NCBI GenBank assembly: GCA_007376405.1
Contig: VMGD01000005.1
Span: 2,372 to 66,371 of the forward strand
Direction of reading: 5' to 3'
Source of the DNA: Microgenomates group bacterium Gr01-1014_7
Lineage (GTDB): Bacteria; Patescibacteriota; Microgenomatia; Daviesbacterales; UBA10151
DNA: 64,000 nt
The first letter of the stretch is position 1. Each line of letters starts with the position of its first letter. Under the pieces are notes generated by a model, which ran no database searches, was not told where the DNA came from, and saw nothing but the letters and a program-made list of their open reading frames with translations. Positions 10,458 to 18,755 of the stretch are shown in pieces. A program made the position numbers and the translations under genes.

Positions 10458-11461
10458 CGTGAAAGAAGAGCTATCCAAAGACCAAAGATGGCAAAAAGTC
10501 CTTGGGCCAACCAAAACCTGGTGACTATTTTGGACTCCTCCCATCCAATATATTTAAAGTACATATGGACAGGGGTAATCGGCAAAATTTTCCTATGTAA
10601 AAATTTTTTGGACAGAATCTGAAAAAGTGATGAGGCAGCAATAATTACAAACATACCTCCAATAATTGCCAACGCCAAAATTTTACCTGTTAGGAGTCCC
10701 GCCACAGCCAGAGTTGCCCCAAAAGCCAAACTTCCCGCATCCCCCAAAAAGATCCTGGCCGGCCAGATATTGAAATAAAGAAATGCAAAAAGGGCACCAA
10801 TCCAAATTCCAATAAATGAGGCAAGAGTTAAGTCTAGCGACCTGGAAGAAAGCGCCAAAAAGGCAAATAAGCAAATAAGCAAAAGTCCCGCTGCTAAACC
10901 ATCCAGCCCGTCTGAAATATTATAAGCATTGGCAAAAGAAATAATAATGAAAGCAGCCAGTGGGATATACCACCCGCCAATTATAAAATTTCCCAAACCT
11001 GAAATGTAAATATTGTTTAGTCCACCCCACAGGTATAACATCCCCCCAATTGACAGCGCCAAAAGTGATTGTATAAAAAGCATCCTCCTTCTACTTAAAC
11101 CGAAAAATTTTCCTGTCCTTTTGGTAATAATAGATTTAATATCATCAGTAAGCCCCAGGAGTCCGAATGAAGCCAAGCTGAGTAGCAGTATTTTTAAGCT
11201 AATTTTATCGGGAGTCCCACTAAATATTCCGTATCCTGCACTTAAAATAATCAGTATCAAGATAATTAAAATACCTCCGCCAGATGGGGTTTTTAAATCT
11301 CCTTTCATTAACTGATCATGTATTGGTGTTTCTGATTTTTTAAAATCTTGCAATTTTTTTTGAAATCTTCTTTTCAGAAAATAGAGCAGTTCAATAAAAG
11401 GGACCATAAAAACGCAAGTCACTGCAAATGATAATAGAACCAGACCCAGCAGTTGTGACAT
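10454..11461 (-). CDS. mraY: Phospho-N-acetylmuramoyl-pentapeptide transferase MraY
   Basis: 335 aa polytopic membrane protein with the conserved MraY motifs NAYNISDGLDGLAAG and LGDAGSLAFGATLAVAGLLTGK. Confidence 0.9.
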   Translation of the reverse strand: MSQLLGLVLLSFAVTCVFMVPFIELLYFLKRRFQKKLQDFKKSETPIHDQLMKGDLKTPSGGGILIILILIILSAGYGIFSGTPDKISLKILLLSLASFGLLGLTDDIKSIITKRTGKFFGLSRRRMLFIQSLLALSIGGMLYLWGGLNNIYISGLGNFIIGGWYIPLAAFIIISFANAYNISDGLDGLAAGLLLICLFAFLALSSRSLDLTLASFIGIWIGALFAFLYFNIWPARIFLGDAGSLAFGATLAVAGLLTGKILALAIIGGMFVIIAASSLFQILSKKFLHRKILPITPVHMYFKYIGWEESKIVTRFWLAQGLFAIFGLWIALLSR

Positions 11462-11462
11462 A

Positions 11463-12662
11463 CTAGCCTTTCTTAGCTATTCTCCTTACAACTTCATCCA
11501 ATCTTAGTGCACGGGAACCCTTAATTAAAACCACATCTCCTTTTCCCAAATTTTTTAATAATTTGCCTACAATTTGGGAATTTTGCAAATTAGACTCAAC
11601 TCTTTCTTCCCAAAAACCTAAACGATTTAGTTCATCAGCAATAATTTGGGCATCTCCCTGACCCAAAAAACATAAATCAATTTTTTCCTTAAATATTTTC
11701 CGGGCAACTTGCCGATGCAACTCGTCCGAATATTTACCAAGCTCCCTCATCTCGCCCAAAACCAAAACCCTTCTTCTGGCGCTTATTTGCAAAAGAGTAT
11801 CTATTGCCGCCTCAACCGCATCAGGGGATGAATTGTAAGTATCATCCAAAATTATAGAGCCGTTAGGCCCGCTAACAGCCTGCATGCGGTGTTGGGATGG
11901 CTCCATCTTCTCAAGTGCCAGCTTTATTTTGGTCAAAGGTATATCATTAACTACTCCCAAAGCCGCAGCAGCCAAAGCCGGATAGATAAAATGTAAACCT
12001 AACAGTTTAAAATTTACCTTAACTCTTTCAACTCCGAAATTTAACTCAAAACTGGTTTTAAAATCCTCAATTTTAATATTACCCGCCCAAACTGTGCAGT
12101 TCTCCTGATCTGTTCCAAAATAAAAAATTGCCCCCTTACATTTTTTTGCCAACTTCCTGCAAGAGGGATCATCCCAGTTTAAAATAGCCACTCCATCCTG
12201 GTCTAACTGTTCGATAAGTTTCCCCTTTTCTTCAATTATTTCATCCAAATTACCTAGATATTCACTGTGAGCAAGGGAGATTTTGGTAAAAAGTACGGTT
12301 TTGGGTCTTACCAGAGAAAGATAAAAATCCATTTCTCCCGGATACTCAATTCCCATTTCAAGCAAAACTTTTTTTACTGTCGGTTTTACTTTCAAAATAG
12401 TTGAGGGGATATTTAAAATCGGGTCCAAATTAGGCAGGGTAGCCAGAGTCTTATATTTTTGTGATAACACAATACCTGCTGCCTCAGTACAAGTAGTTTT
12501 CCCCACAGATCCGGTTACCCCAATAAATATTTCCCTGGATAAGAGTTTGGCATATTGCCTGGCCAGATAAATTCTAAGTAGGTGCAGGGGTTTTTTAAGG
12601 GCGGGAATTTTAGTTTTGTAGGGAGTAAGCTGCTCCCAAATCGGATGAGAAACAATATCCAT
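11463..12662 (-). CDS. murF: UDP-MurNAc-tripeptide--D-alanyl-D-alanine ligase MurF
   Basis: Mur ligase P-loop GVTGSVGKTT and the MurF-type motifs DDTYNSSPDAVEAAI and VLGEMRELGKYS..H. Confidence 0.75.
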   Translation of the reverse strand: MDIVSHPIWEQLTPYKTKIPALKKPLHLLRIYLARQYAKLLSREIFIGVTGSVGKTTCTEAAGIVLSQKYKTLATLPNLDPILNIPSTILKVKPTVKKVLLEMGIEYPGEMDFYLSLVRPKTVLFTKISLAHSEYLGNLDEIIEEKGKLIEQLDQDGVAILNWDDPSCRKLAKKCKGAIFYFGTDQENCTVWAGNIKIEDFKTSFELNFGVERVKVNFKLLGLHFIYPALAAAALGVVNDIPLTKIKLALEKMEPSQHRMQAVSGPNGSIILDDTYNSSPDAVEAAIDTLLQISARRRVLVLGEMRELGKYSDELHRQVARKIFKEKIDLCFLGQGDAQIIADELNRLGFWEERVESNLQNSQIVGKLLKNLGKGDVVLIKGSRALRLDEVVRRIAKKG

Positions 12663-12670
12663 AATGCCCC

Positions 12671-13936
12671 TTATTTTAACACTTCAATCTTTTTTATGTC
12701 TGCTCCCAGACTCAATAATTTCCCAACCACATCCTCATAACCTCTTTCAATCAGTTCTGCCTGATTGATCACGCTTTCCCCTTTGGCCACAAGAGAGGCC
12801 AAAACCAAAGCCATGCCGGCTCTTATATCCGGTGTTGCCAATTCCCGCCCTTTCAACCTGTCAGGACCATACACCAATACCCTGTGTGGATCTGCAATGG
12901 TAATCTTTGCTCCCATTGATATAAGCTTGTCAACAAAAAACATTCTTGATTCATACATCCAGTCGTGGCAAATCGTTACACCCCTGGACTGGGTTGCCAG
13001 CACAATTATTACACTCATCAAATCTGTCGGTAAACCGGGCCAAATATTGGTGGTAATCTTTGATGGAGATTTAAGTTTTTCGGCTGTTGCGAAAATAGCT
13101 TTGGCGCCGTGTTCTATCTTAATACCGAATCTTTTAAGAGGTTCCAAAACCGGATCCAAATCTGTTGAATCAATTCCGGAAACAATAATTTTCCCCCCGG
13201 TTATGGCAGCTGCCACCGCATAGGTTGCTACTTCTATATAGTCAATTCCAATTGTAAATTTCGTCCCTTTTAATTTTTTTACACCCGTAACTTTTAATGT
13301 ATCCGTACCTATCCCTTCTATTTCTGCTCCCATTTGCAAAAGCATTCTGCACAGATCAACCACGTGCGGTTCTTTAGGACAATTTTTTAAAATTAAACTT
13401 TTATCCCCCAAAACTGTTGCTAAAATTAGATTTTCACAGGCTGTAACAGATGATTCAGAAAGAAAAATATTGTACTCCCCTTCCTTTCCGCCATTAAAGT
13501 TTAGAGTAAATTTTACATCCTCCCTTTTCAAACTTGCCCCCAGAGCTTTAAACCCGTCCAGATGCGCTTCGATACTTCTTTGTCCTATTACATCGCCGCC
13601 CGGATGATAAAAATGAACTTTTCCTGCTCTTCCCAAAATAGCGCCTACCAAAACCATTGAACCACGCAGCTTAGTCATTAACTCTTTGGGTAAGGTGGCA
13701 GATTTCAACTCTTGAGCCTGCAGTTTCAGAGTTGATCCCGTCTTTACAACCTTTACTCCCAGTTTTTTCAAAATTTGTATTAAAACTTCTGTATCTCTAA
13801 GATCGGAAATATTTTCCAGTATGACTTCTTGGTCAGTTAAAAGAGCAGCAGCCACGCAAGGAAAAACCGAGTTTTTGTTCCCGGATATACTAATTTTTCC
13901 TTCCAGTTTCTTTCCACCAGTAATAATATATTTCAT
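12671..13936 (-). CDS. murA: UDP-N-acetylglucosamine 1-carboxyvinyltransferase MurA
   Basis: 421 aa with the EPT-fold N-terminus MKYIITGGKKLEGKISISGNKNSVFPCVAAALLTD... and ...PGLPTDLMS. Confidence 0.9.
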   Translation of the reverse strand: MKYIITGGKKLEGKISISGNKNSVFPCVAAALLTDQEVILENISDLRDTEVLIQILKKLGVKVVKTGSTLKLQAQELKSATLPKELMTKLRGSMVLVGAILGRAGKVHFYHPGGDVIGQRSIEAHLDGFKALGASLKREDVKFTLNFNGGKEGEYNIFLSESSVTACENLILATVLGDKSLILKNCPKEPHVVDLCRMLLQMGAEIEGIGTDTLKVTGVKKLKGTKFTIGIDYIEVATYAVAAAITGGKIIVSGIDSTDLDPVLEPLKRFGIKIEHGAKAIFATAEKLKSPSKITTNIWPGLPTDLMSVIIVLATQSRGVTICHDWMYESRMFFVDKLISMGAKITIADPHRVLVYGPDRLKGRELATPDIRAGMALVLASLVAKGESVINQAELIERGYEDVVGKLLSLGADIKKIEVLK

Positions 13937-13938
13937 AG

Positions 13939-14523
13939 TTACACTTTTGCCTTTATCCTAAAAACAGCTGATAGAATTATATGCTTTTTGGGACTTAAGG
14001 CTTCAGATGAAACTTCTTCAATTTCAGATACAAGATCTAATACTTTAATACTTTTAACCCTTGATTGCAAAAATCTGCTCAAAAAAAGATTGCCTCCAAT
14101 ACTTCCGGGCATCCCCTTAAACTCAGTTGCTGCCAGACCTTGAGAATCCAAATACTCACAAAATTTGTTTATACTCACTCCGGAATCTACCTCAATTAAA
14201 GCCTCTTCCACGCCAATTCCAAATTTGGAAACTTTTCCTTTCACGGAGACAGTCTTGATATTTTTGGTCCTGTTTTTAATAACCAGTCCGGCAAATCCAT
14301 GATCGGAAATCAAAATTTTGCTGCCGGTGCCAAAAATAAAAAAGAGTAGTTTAAGTTGTCTGCACATCTCAATAATTTTGATAAGTTCCGGGACGGTGAA
14401 AGCTATAAAAAATAAAGAGACAGGCCCTCCCGCGTTTAAAGCGGTATAATCTCTTAAAGGCTCGTTAAATTTAAACCTGTCCTTGCCGAAAGAATCAATG
14501 ATTAGTTTGTACTTGCTATCCAT
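13939..14523 (-). CDS. murB: UDP-N-acetylenolpyruvoylglucosamine reductase MurB-like; unusually short (194 aa, essentially the FAD-binding part)
   Basis: The motifs YTALNAGGPV...FIFGTGSKILISDHGFAG...GMPGSIGGNL resemble the MurB PCMH/FAD domain, and the gene sits between murA and murE. Its length is about two thirds of a typical MurB. Confidence 0.5.
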   Translation of the reverse strand: MDSKYKLIIDSFGKDRFKFNEPLRDYTALNAGGPVSLFFIAFTVPELIKIIEMCRQLKLLFFIFGTGSKILISDHGFAGLVIKNRTKNIKTVSVKGKVSKFGIGVEEALIEVDSGVSINKFCEYLDSQGLAATEFKGMPGSIGGNLFLSRFLQSRVKSIKVLDLVSEIEEVSSEALSPKKHIILSAVFRIKAKV

Positions 14524-15748
14524 TCAATACCTTTTCTACAGCTTTTCTATCTGACCAGGGGATCTCTTGTTTCCCGTCTAAATTCATAGAATTCTCATGC
14601 CCTTTACCAAAAATCCCAATAACATCGCCCTTTTTTGCCAGCTTATTTATGGCAAAATTTATAGCTTCCTGCCGATTTTCAATGATGAAACATAGCTCCT
14701 TTAAAACTCCTCCAGCTTTTTTAATACCTGTTAATATTTGTTTATTAATTTCTTTTATTTGTCCCCGCGGGTCAACAGAGGTCACAATAACAATATCGGA
14801 AAGTTTTTGGGCAATCTCCCCCATCATTGCTCTTTTCCCAACATCTCTAAAACCTTCACAACCAATTAGTGAGATCAGTCTCCCCCGATGACTATCGGGG
14901 GAGCGTAAAGTCTTCAAAGCTTGTTCCAACCCATTAGGAGTATGGGCAAAATCAATAAAAATTTTAATGCCACGATTGTTTTTAACCTCCTCCATTCTTC
15001 CTGTTATGCCTTCAAAATTCTCAAGTGCTTTTCGGGCAACTGTTTTATCAATTCCCAACACAAAGGCAACAGCCATTGCCGCCAAAGCATTTTCAACATT
15101 GTATTCTCCCGGAATCTTAAGTTTTAATCTGGCCTCTTTTTGATTTAAATCTCCCTCTATCAAACCAAAAGTGACAACTTTGTTGTCATCCTGAGCGAGC
15201 GTAGCGAGTCGAAGGATCTCTTGATTTAGTACAGCATGCTTTACACCTTTAATAAGTTTTATCTTAGTATTAAAATAGTTCTCAAAAGTTTTGTGATAAT
15301 CCAGATGCTCATGGGTAATATTGGTAATAACCCCGACATCAAATTTTATACCCCAGAATCTGTATTGATCCAGAGCATGCGATGTTACTTCAAGAATTAA
15401 ATACTCGTCCCCGTTATCTGCTGCCTGCCTGGCAAATTTTTGGATCATAAATGGATCAGGGGAGGTAACATGAAATCCTGTGTCATAAGATTTACCTCCG
15501 ACAACAACATTTATAGTTGAAACCATGGAAACTTTTTTACTTGCCTCGCCGCTAGGCGGGCCGGCAGCTTTTAGAACCTGATAAATCATATTAACTGTGG
15601 TGGTTTTTCCGTCAGTCCCGGTCACCCCGATCACCTTCAATCCCCTGGTGGGGGAGCCATAAAAAACATTGGCCAAAATAGCCCGCGGCAAATGATAAAA
15701 ATTATTAATTGCGCTCTGTGGAAAAAGTGAACGTAATAGATTTTTCAT
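14516..15748 (-). CDS. murE: UDP-MurNAc-L-Ala-D-Glu--2,6-diaminopimelate (or L-Lys) ligase MurE; no long N-terminal domain
   Basis: Contains VIGVTGTDGKTTT, EVTSHAL, TNITHEHLDYH, GEYNVENALAA, DFAHTPNGL and GKGHE, which are Mur ligase and MurE-type motifs. Confidence 0.75.
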   Translation of the reverse strand: MKNLLRSLFPQSAINNFYHLPRAILANVFYGSPTRGLKVIGVTGTDGKTTTVNMIYQVLKAAGPPSGEASKKVSMVSTINVVVGGKSYDTGFHVTSPDPFMIQKFARQAADNGDEYLILEVTSHALDQYRFWGIKFDVGVITNITHEHLDYHKTFENYFNTKIKLIKGVKHAVLNQEILRLATLAQDDNKVVTFGLIEGDLNQKEARLKLKIPGEYNVENALAAMAVAFVLGIDKTVARKALENFEGITGRMEEVKNNRGIKIFIDFAHTPNGLEQALKTLRSPDSHRGRLISLIGCEGFRDVGKRAMMGEIAQKLSDIVIVTSVDPRGQIKEINKQILTGIKKAGGVLKELCFIIENRQEAINFAINKLAKKGDVIGIFGKGHENSMNLDGKQEIPWSDRKAVEKVLNG

Positions 15749-15796
15749 TTGAAGCTAATTATAGCAGAAGTCTATCCAACCTCAATCAGGCAACCT

Positions 15797-15834
15797 GGGG
15801 TGTTGTACACCCTTAGGGTGGGTTAGCTCGACAC
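15797..15834. promoter_or_regulatory. Two perfect 13-bp palindromes (ACACCCTtAGGGTG twice, centres 24 bp apart) in the murE upstream region
   Basis: Read directly: acacccttagggtg at 15797-15810 and acacccttagggta at 15821-15834. CACCCT-T-AGGGTG is self-complementary. Confidence 0.3.
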
Positions 15835-15854
15835 CCTTAGGGTATTCACTCACT

Positions 15855-15895
15855 TGGTGCTATTTTGTAGTAGGTAAAAAGTTCTTTGGCTATTT
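15855..15895 (-). other. Degenerate, frame-broken copy of the last ~15 codons of ftsI (3'-end remnant)
   Basis: gctattttgtagtaggtaaaaagttctttggctatttca is ~85% identical to ftsI 16768-16805 (gctattttgtagtaagaaaaaagctccctggctatttca), with a 1-bp indel that breaks the frame. Confidence 0.5.
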
Positions 15896-15985
15896 CAGTA
15901 AAGAAATGAATGTATAACCTGGGAAGTTCTTGTTTCATTTAACACCTGACAGTTTACTGTTAAGTATTTTATGTAACTATACAAA

Positions 15986-16019
15986 TGACAAGATAGCGCT
16001 ATGGCGTAATAATGTCCAA
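15986..16019 (-). promoter_or_regulatory. 34-bp partially dyad-symmetric direct repeat R1, promoter/operator-like, pointing into murE
   Basis: TGACAAGATAGCGCTATGGCGTAATAATGTCCAA. On the minus strand it reads TTGGACA-N17-TATCTT. It is a direct repeat of 16721-16754. Confidence 0.4.
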
Positions 16020-16022
16020 GAC

Positions 16023-16718
16023 TTAAACTCCGAAAAACTCCTTGAATAGTTTATCATTCTCAATTTTAGAAATGCTAAAAATTCTCACATATTCAACAAC
16101 GCCTAAATATGCTCTTAAAAATTCGACCTGTTTTTCACAGGGATAAGCATGTAAGTAAACACTTTCATGCAAAGGATAAAATCCCCAAGCTTTTAAATAT
16201 TCCTGTAAAATCCTCCTTATAGTTTTGAAGTTAGTAGGTATATCATAACTTACCAGCGTCCATTTACCATCCCAAAATTTTGGTTTCTCAACTGCCAGCT
16301 CATCAATAGCAAATTTCAAGATCTTTCGTTGTCCAGCTCCTGTAATCTTTATAGTCTGTATTCCGCTCTCTTCAGAAATTTCTACAAGCTTTTGACTCTC
16401 AAGTCTCCTTAAGGTTCGTTTTAAATTAGGTATATTAAATCTTTTCCATATTTCATATTCCTTCTTCCTTTGATTATTCAAAAAAGGTTTTAACGCCAAG
16501 GGTAAATTTGGCATAATTACCGATGCAGCAACAAAAACACCCATTCCTACAAGCTTTAACACATCTGCTGTACGGGCATACTTATCAGTAAAATTTTCCC
16601 AATCTATTTGTTTCGTTAGGGTTTTAGAAATATCTCTAAAAAGGGCTTCCGGTATATTTGTCACCAAATCTTCTATACACACCTTTTGCTTTCTAGTTTT
16701 TAATTTCTCAAAAGGCAT
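16023..16718 (-). CDS. PaaX-family-like transcriptional regulator (winged-helix N-terminus plus PaaX-type C-terminal domain), inserted between ftsI and murE
   Basis: The C-terminal KPKFWDGKWTLVSYDIPTNFKTIRRILQEYLKAWGFYPLHESVYLHAYP fits the PaaX pattern W-G-W-LV...R..LR..L...GF..L..SV...P, and the upstream KRTLRRLESQKLVEISE looks wHTH-like. The assignment rests on pattern recognition only. Confidence 0.55.
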   Translation of the reverse strand: MPFEKLKTRKQKVCIEDLVTNIPEALFRDISKTLTKQIDWENFTDKYARTADVLKLVGMGVFVAASVIMPNLPLALKPFLNNQRKKEYEIWKRFNIPNLKRTLRRLESQKLVEISEESGIQTIKITGAGQRKILKFAIDELAVEKPKFWDGKWTLVSYDIPTNFKTIRRILQEYLKAWGFYPLHESVYLHAYPCEKQVEFLRAYLGVVEYVRIFSISKIENDKLFKEFFGV

Positions 16719-16720
16719 AC

Positions 16721-16754
16721 TGACAAAATAACGCTATGGCGTAAGTTTGTCAAC
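16721..16754 (-). promoter_or_regulatory. 34-bp dyad-symmetric direct repeat R2 (14-4-14 inverted repeat), promoter/operator-like, 2 nt upstream of the regulator ATG and abutting the ftsI stop codon
   Basis: TGACAAAATAACGC-tatg-GCGTAAGTTTGTCA(AC), arms 12/14 complementary. On the minus strand it reads gTTGACA-N17-TATTTT-N6-ATG, which implies a leaderless or near-leaderless transcript. Confidence 0.45.
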
Positions 16755-18451
16755 TATTCTGTTGGAGCTATTTTGTAGTAAGAAAAAAGCTCCCTGGCTA
16801 TTTCAAAAAAGGTGGGAGCGGCGGTTTCGGCGCCGAAAATTGAGGCAGATGGCTGGTCAAAACGAACCAGCATAACAAATTTCGGATCATCAGCCGGTGC
16901 AAACCCGACAAAGCTGGCAATGGTTTTATTGGGATCATAATGTCCGGCCACCGGGATTTGGGCAGTGCCGGTTTTCCCTGCTACCTTAAATCCTTTTAGT
17001 TTTGTCCATTTTGCCTCTCCTTCCTCAATTGCCGCCACCATCATCTCGGTCATAATTTTGGCAGTTCCCTCTTTTACTACTTGCCTTATTATTTTGGGTT
17101 TTATTTCAAAGCTTTGCTTTTCATCTCTGATTTCTTTAACTATATGCGGTTCCATTAAATAGCCCCCATTGGCAATGGCTGAAACTGCCCTGACCATTTG
17201 GATGGCAGTCACGGCAATCCCCTGCCCAAATGAAGCGGTAGCCAGATCAATTTCTCTCCAACTGCCTTTGGCTCTCAAATCCGGAGATGACTCATCCTGC
17301 AAATCAATCCCGGTTTGACTCCCAAGGCCAAAATTCTCAAGATATTCATAAAATTTATCAAGGCCCAGTTTTTGTCCGGTAAATACCATACCGGTATTAT
17401 CCGAATGAATAATTACATCCTTCATTGTAGTATCAGGATAATATTTATTATTCCAGGTCCGGATTGAAAATCCTCCCAGCTGTATTGGACCACCGCATAT
17501 ATCACACTTCGTATCCGGCGCTACCTTATCCTCATTTAGCGCAGCAGACATAACCAACACTTTAAAAGTTGATCCCGGCTCAAATTGATCCGCCACGATT
17601 GGGTTTTTATAATATTCTTTTGGGAAATTAAAAAACTGAAGCGGATCATAGTTCGGGTATGAAGCCAGGGCTAAAATAGCTCCCGACTTAGGATCCATCA
17701 CCACGGCCGATGCAGCTTTTGCCCCGTATTTTTCCAAACCCTCCTTTAATTTCTGTTCAACAATAAACTGAATTGACCTGTCTAAATTTAGCGTTAAATC
17801 TTTGCCGTTTTTAGCCTCGGAATTCAGAAAATTCCCGATCAAAATAGGCAGACCCAAAGCATCCTTTTCGTGCCGTAGTAACCCTGAAACCCCTCTCAGT
17901 TCCCCATCAAAATAGCCTTCAACCCCGAAATACCCTTTGCTGTCACCCTTAGTGTCAGATCCGACAAACCCTAAGATGTGAGCCGAAGATGAACCCTCAG
18001 GATAAAATCTGCTACTGGATGTTTCAAACCCGATTCCGGTCAAACTTAAATCCTCAATCTCTTTCTTTGTTTCAAAAGAAATCTGCTTTTTCAAAGGAAT
18101 CCAGAATAAATCCGAGGAAAGTTTATTTATGAAATCTTTAGCTAAATCACCAACGCTCTCATCTTCTTCCGCCAAAATTTTAGCCAACATATAACCGGTA
18201 TTGGTCTTCTGTTCTTTTGTCAGGATTTTAGGTTGTCCAAAAAGTAAAAAAGAAGGGTTGGAAGATGCAAGGATAGAACCGTCGCTAAAATAAATATTGC
18301 CTCTTTTTGCCTGCACTTTAATATCGGTAAAGTGCTGTCCCTCGGCCTGAGCCTGCAAATAATCAGCCTTAATGATCTGCCAGAAATATAGTCTGGCTAA
18401 AATGGCTGCAAAAAAAATCAGAAAAAAAACTTTTATCCAGAAAATCCGCAT
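16754..18451 (-). CDS. ftsI: Peptidoglycan D,D-transpeptidase FtsI (class B PBP)
   Basis: N-terminal TM helix, PBP dimerisation region and transpeptidase motifs (STFK in ...FEPGSTFKVLVMSAAL, SDN in HSDNTGMV, KTGT in ..VAGKTGTAQI). Confidence 0.9.
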   Translation of the reverse strand: MRIFWIKVFFLIFFAAILARLYFWQIIKADYLQAQAEGQHFTDIKVQAKRGNIYFSDGSILASSNPSFLLFGQPKILTKEQKTNTGYMLAKILAEEDESVGDLAKDFINKLSSDLFWIPLKKQISFETKKEIEDLSLTGIGFETSSSRFYPEGSSSAHILGFVGSDTKGDSKGYFGVEGYFDGELRGVSGLLRHEKDALGLPILIGNFLNSEAKNGKDLTLNLDRSIQFIVEQKLKEGLEKYGAKAASAVVMDPKSGAILALASYPNYDPLQFFNFPKEYYKNPIVADQFEPGSTFKVLVMSAALNEDKVAPDTKCDICGGPIQLGGFSIRTWNNKYYPDTTMKDVIIHSDNTGMVFTGQKLGLDKFYEYLENFGLGSQTGIDLQDESSPDLRAKGSWREIDLATASFGQGIAVTAIQMVRAVSAIANGGYLMEPHIVKEIRDEKQSFEIKPKIIRQVVKEGTAKIMTEMMVAAIEEGEAKWTKLKGFKVAGKTGTAQIPVAGHYDPNKTIASFVGFAPADDPKFVMLVRFDQPSASIFGAETAAPTFFEIARELFSYYKIAPTE

Positions 18452-18458
18452 AGGAACC

Positions 18459-18755
18459 CTAGCGAATATATTTTATACTCTGTTGGGATGAAAAACCAAG
18501 TTGGGCGGATTTTGAAGATATATTAAAAAGTGAAGAATCTTTGGCAATCTCATTTTCCAGAATCTGGTTTTCCATCACCAGATTGGTCTGCAGAGCTGCC
18601 AGTTCTTCAAACTTTTCACCATAAACTACTACGGTATTACTAACCCAAATCTCAACTAAAGTTAAGACAAACAAAATTCCCAAAGTTAGTCCGATTATTT
18701 TTTTGGGAAATTTTCTTTTTGGTTCTTCCGGCTCAAACTTTTTAATTATAGTCAT
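18459..18755 (-). CDS. ftsL: FtsL/DivIC-like small bitopic division protein
   Basis: 98 aa with one TM helix (IIGLTLGILFVLTLVEIWV) followed by a coiled-coil-like segment, between rsmH and ftsI. Confidence 0.5.
   Translation of the reverse strand: MTIIKKFEPEEPKRKFPKKIIGLTLGILFVLTLVEIWVSNTVVVYGEKFEELAALQTNLVMENQILENEIAKDSSLFNISSKSAQLGFSSQQSIKYIR

Noticed and set aside
10458-10544. Upstream extension of ftsW (MGGVQNSHQV...) overlapping mraY by 90 nt
   Set aside because: An internal ATG at 10457 gives an ATGA overlap with the mraY stop and begins the typical N-terminus MIKKAR.... The extension is probably a read-through artefact of ORF calling.
13939-14523. MurB as a pseudogene
   Set aside because: The gene is short, but the ORF is intact, translationally coupled to its neighbours, and keeps FAD-domain-like motifs. 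A truncated functional form cannot be excluded from sequence alone.
15181-15225. GC-rich patch (gagcgagcgtagcgagtcgaagg) inside murE that looked like a foreign insert or a structured RNA
   Set aside because: It translates in frame as ..EILRLATLAQDD.. within MurE. It is ordinary coding sequence with a local codon bias.
15986-16754. Calling the regulator insertion a mobile element
   Set aside because: No transposase, integrase or recombinase, and no long terminal inverted repeats. The repeats read better as promoter/operator duplicates, so it is reported as a finding, not a mobile_element feature.
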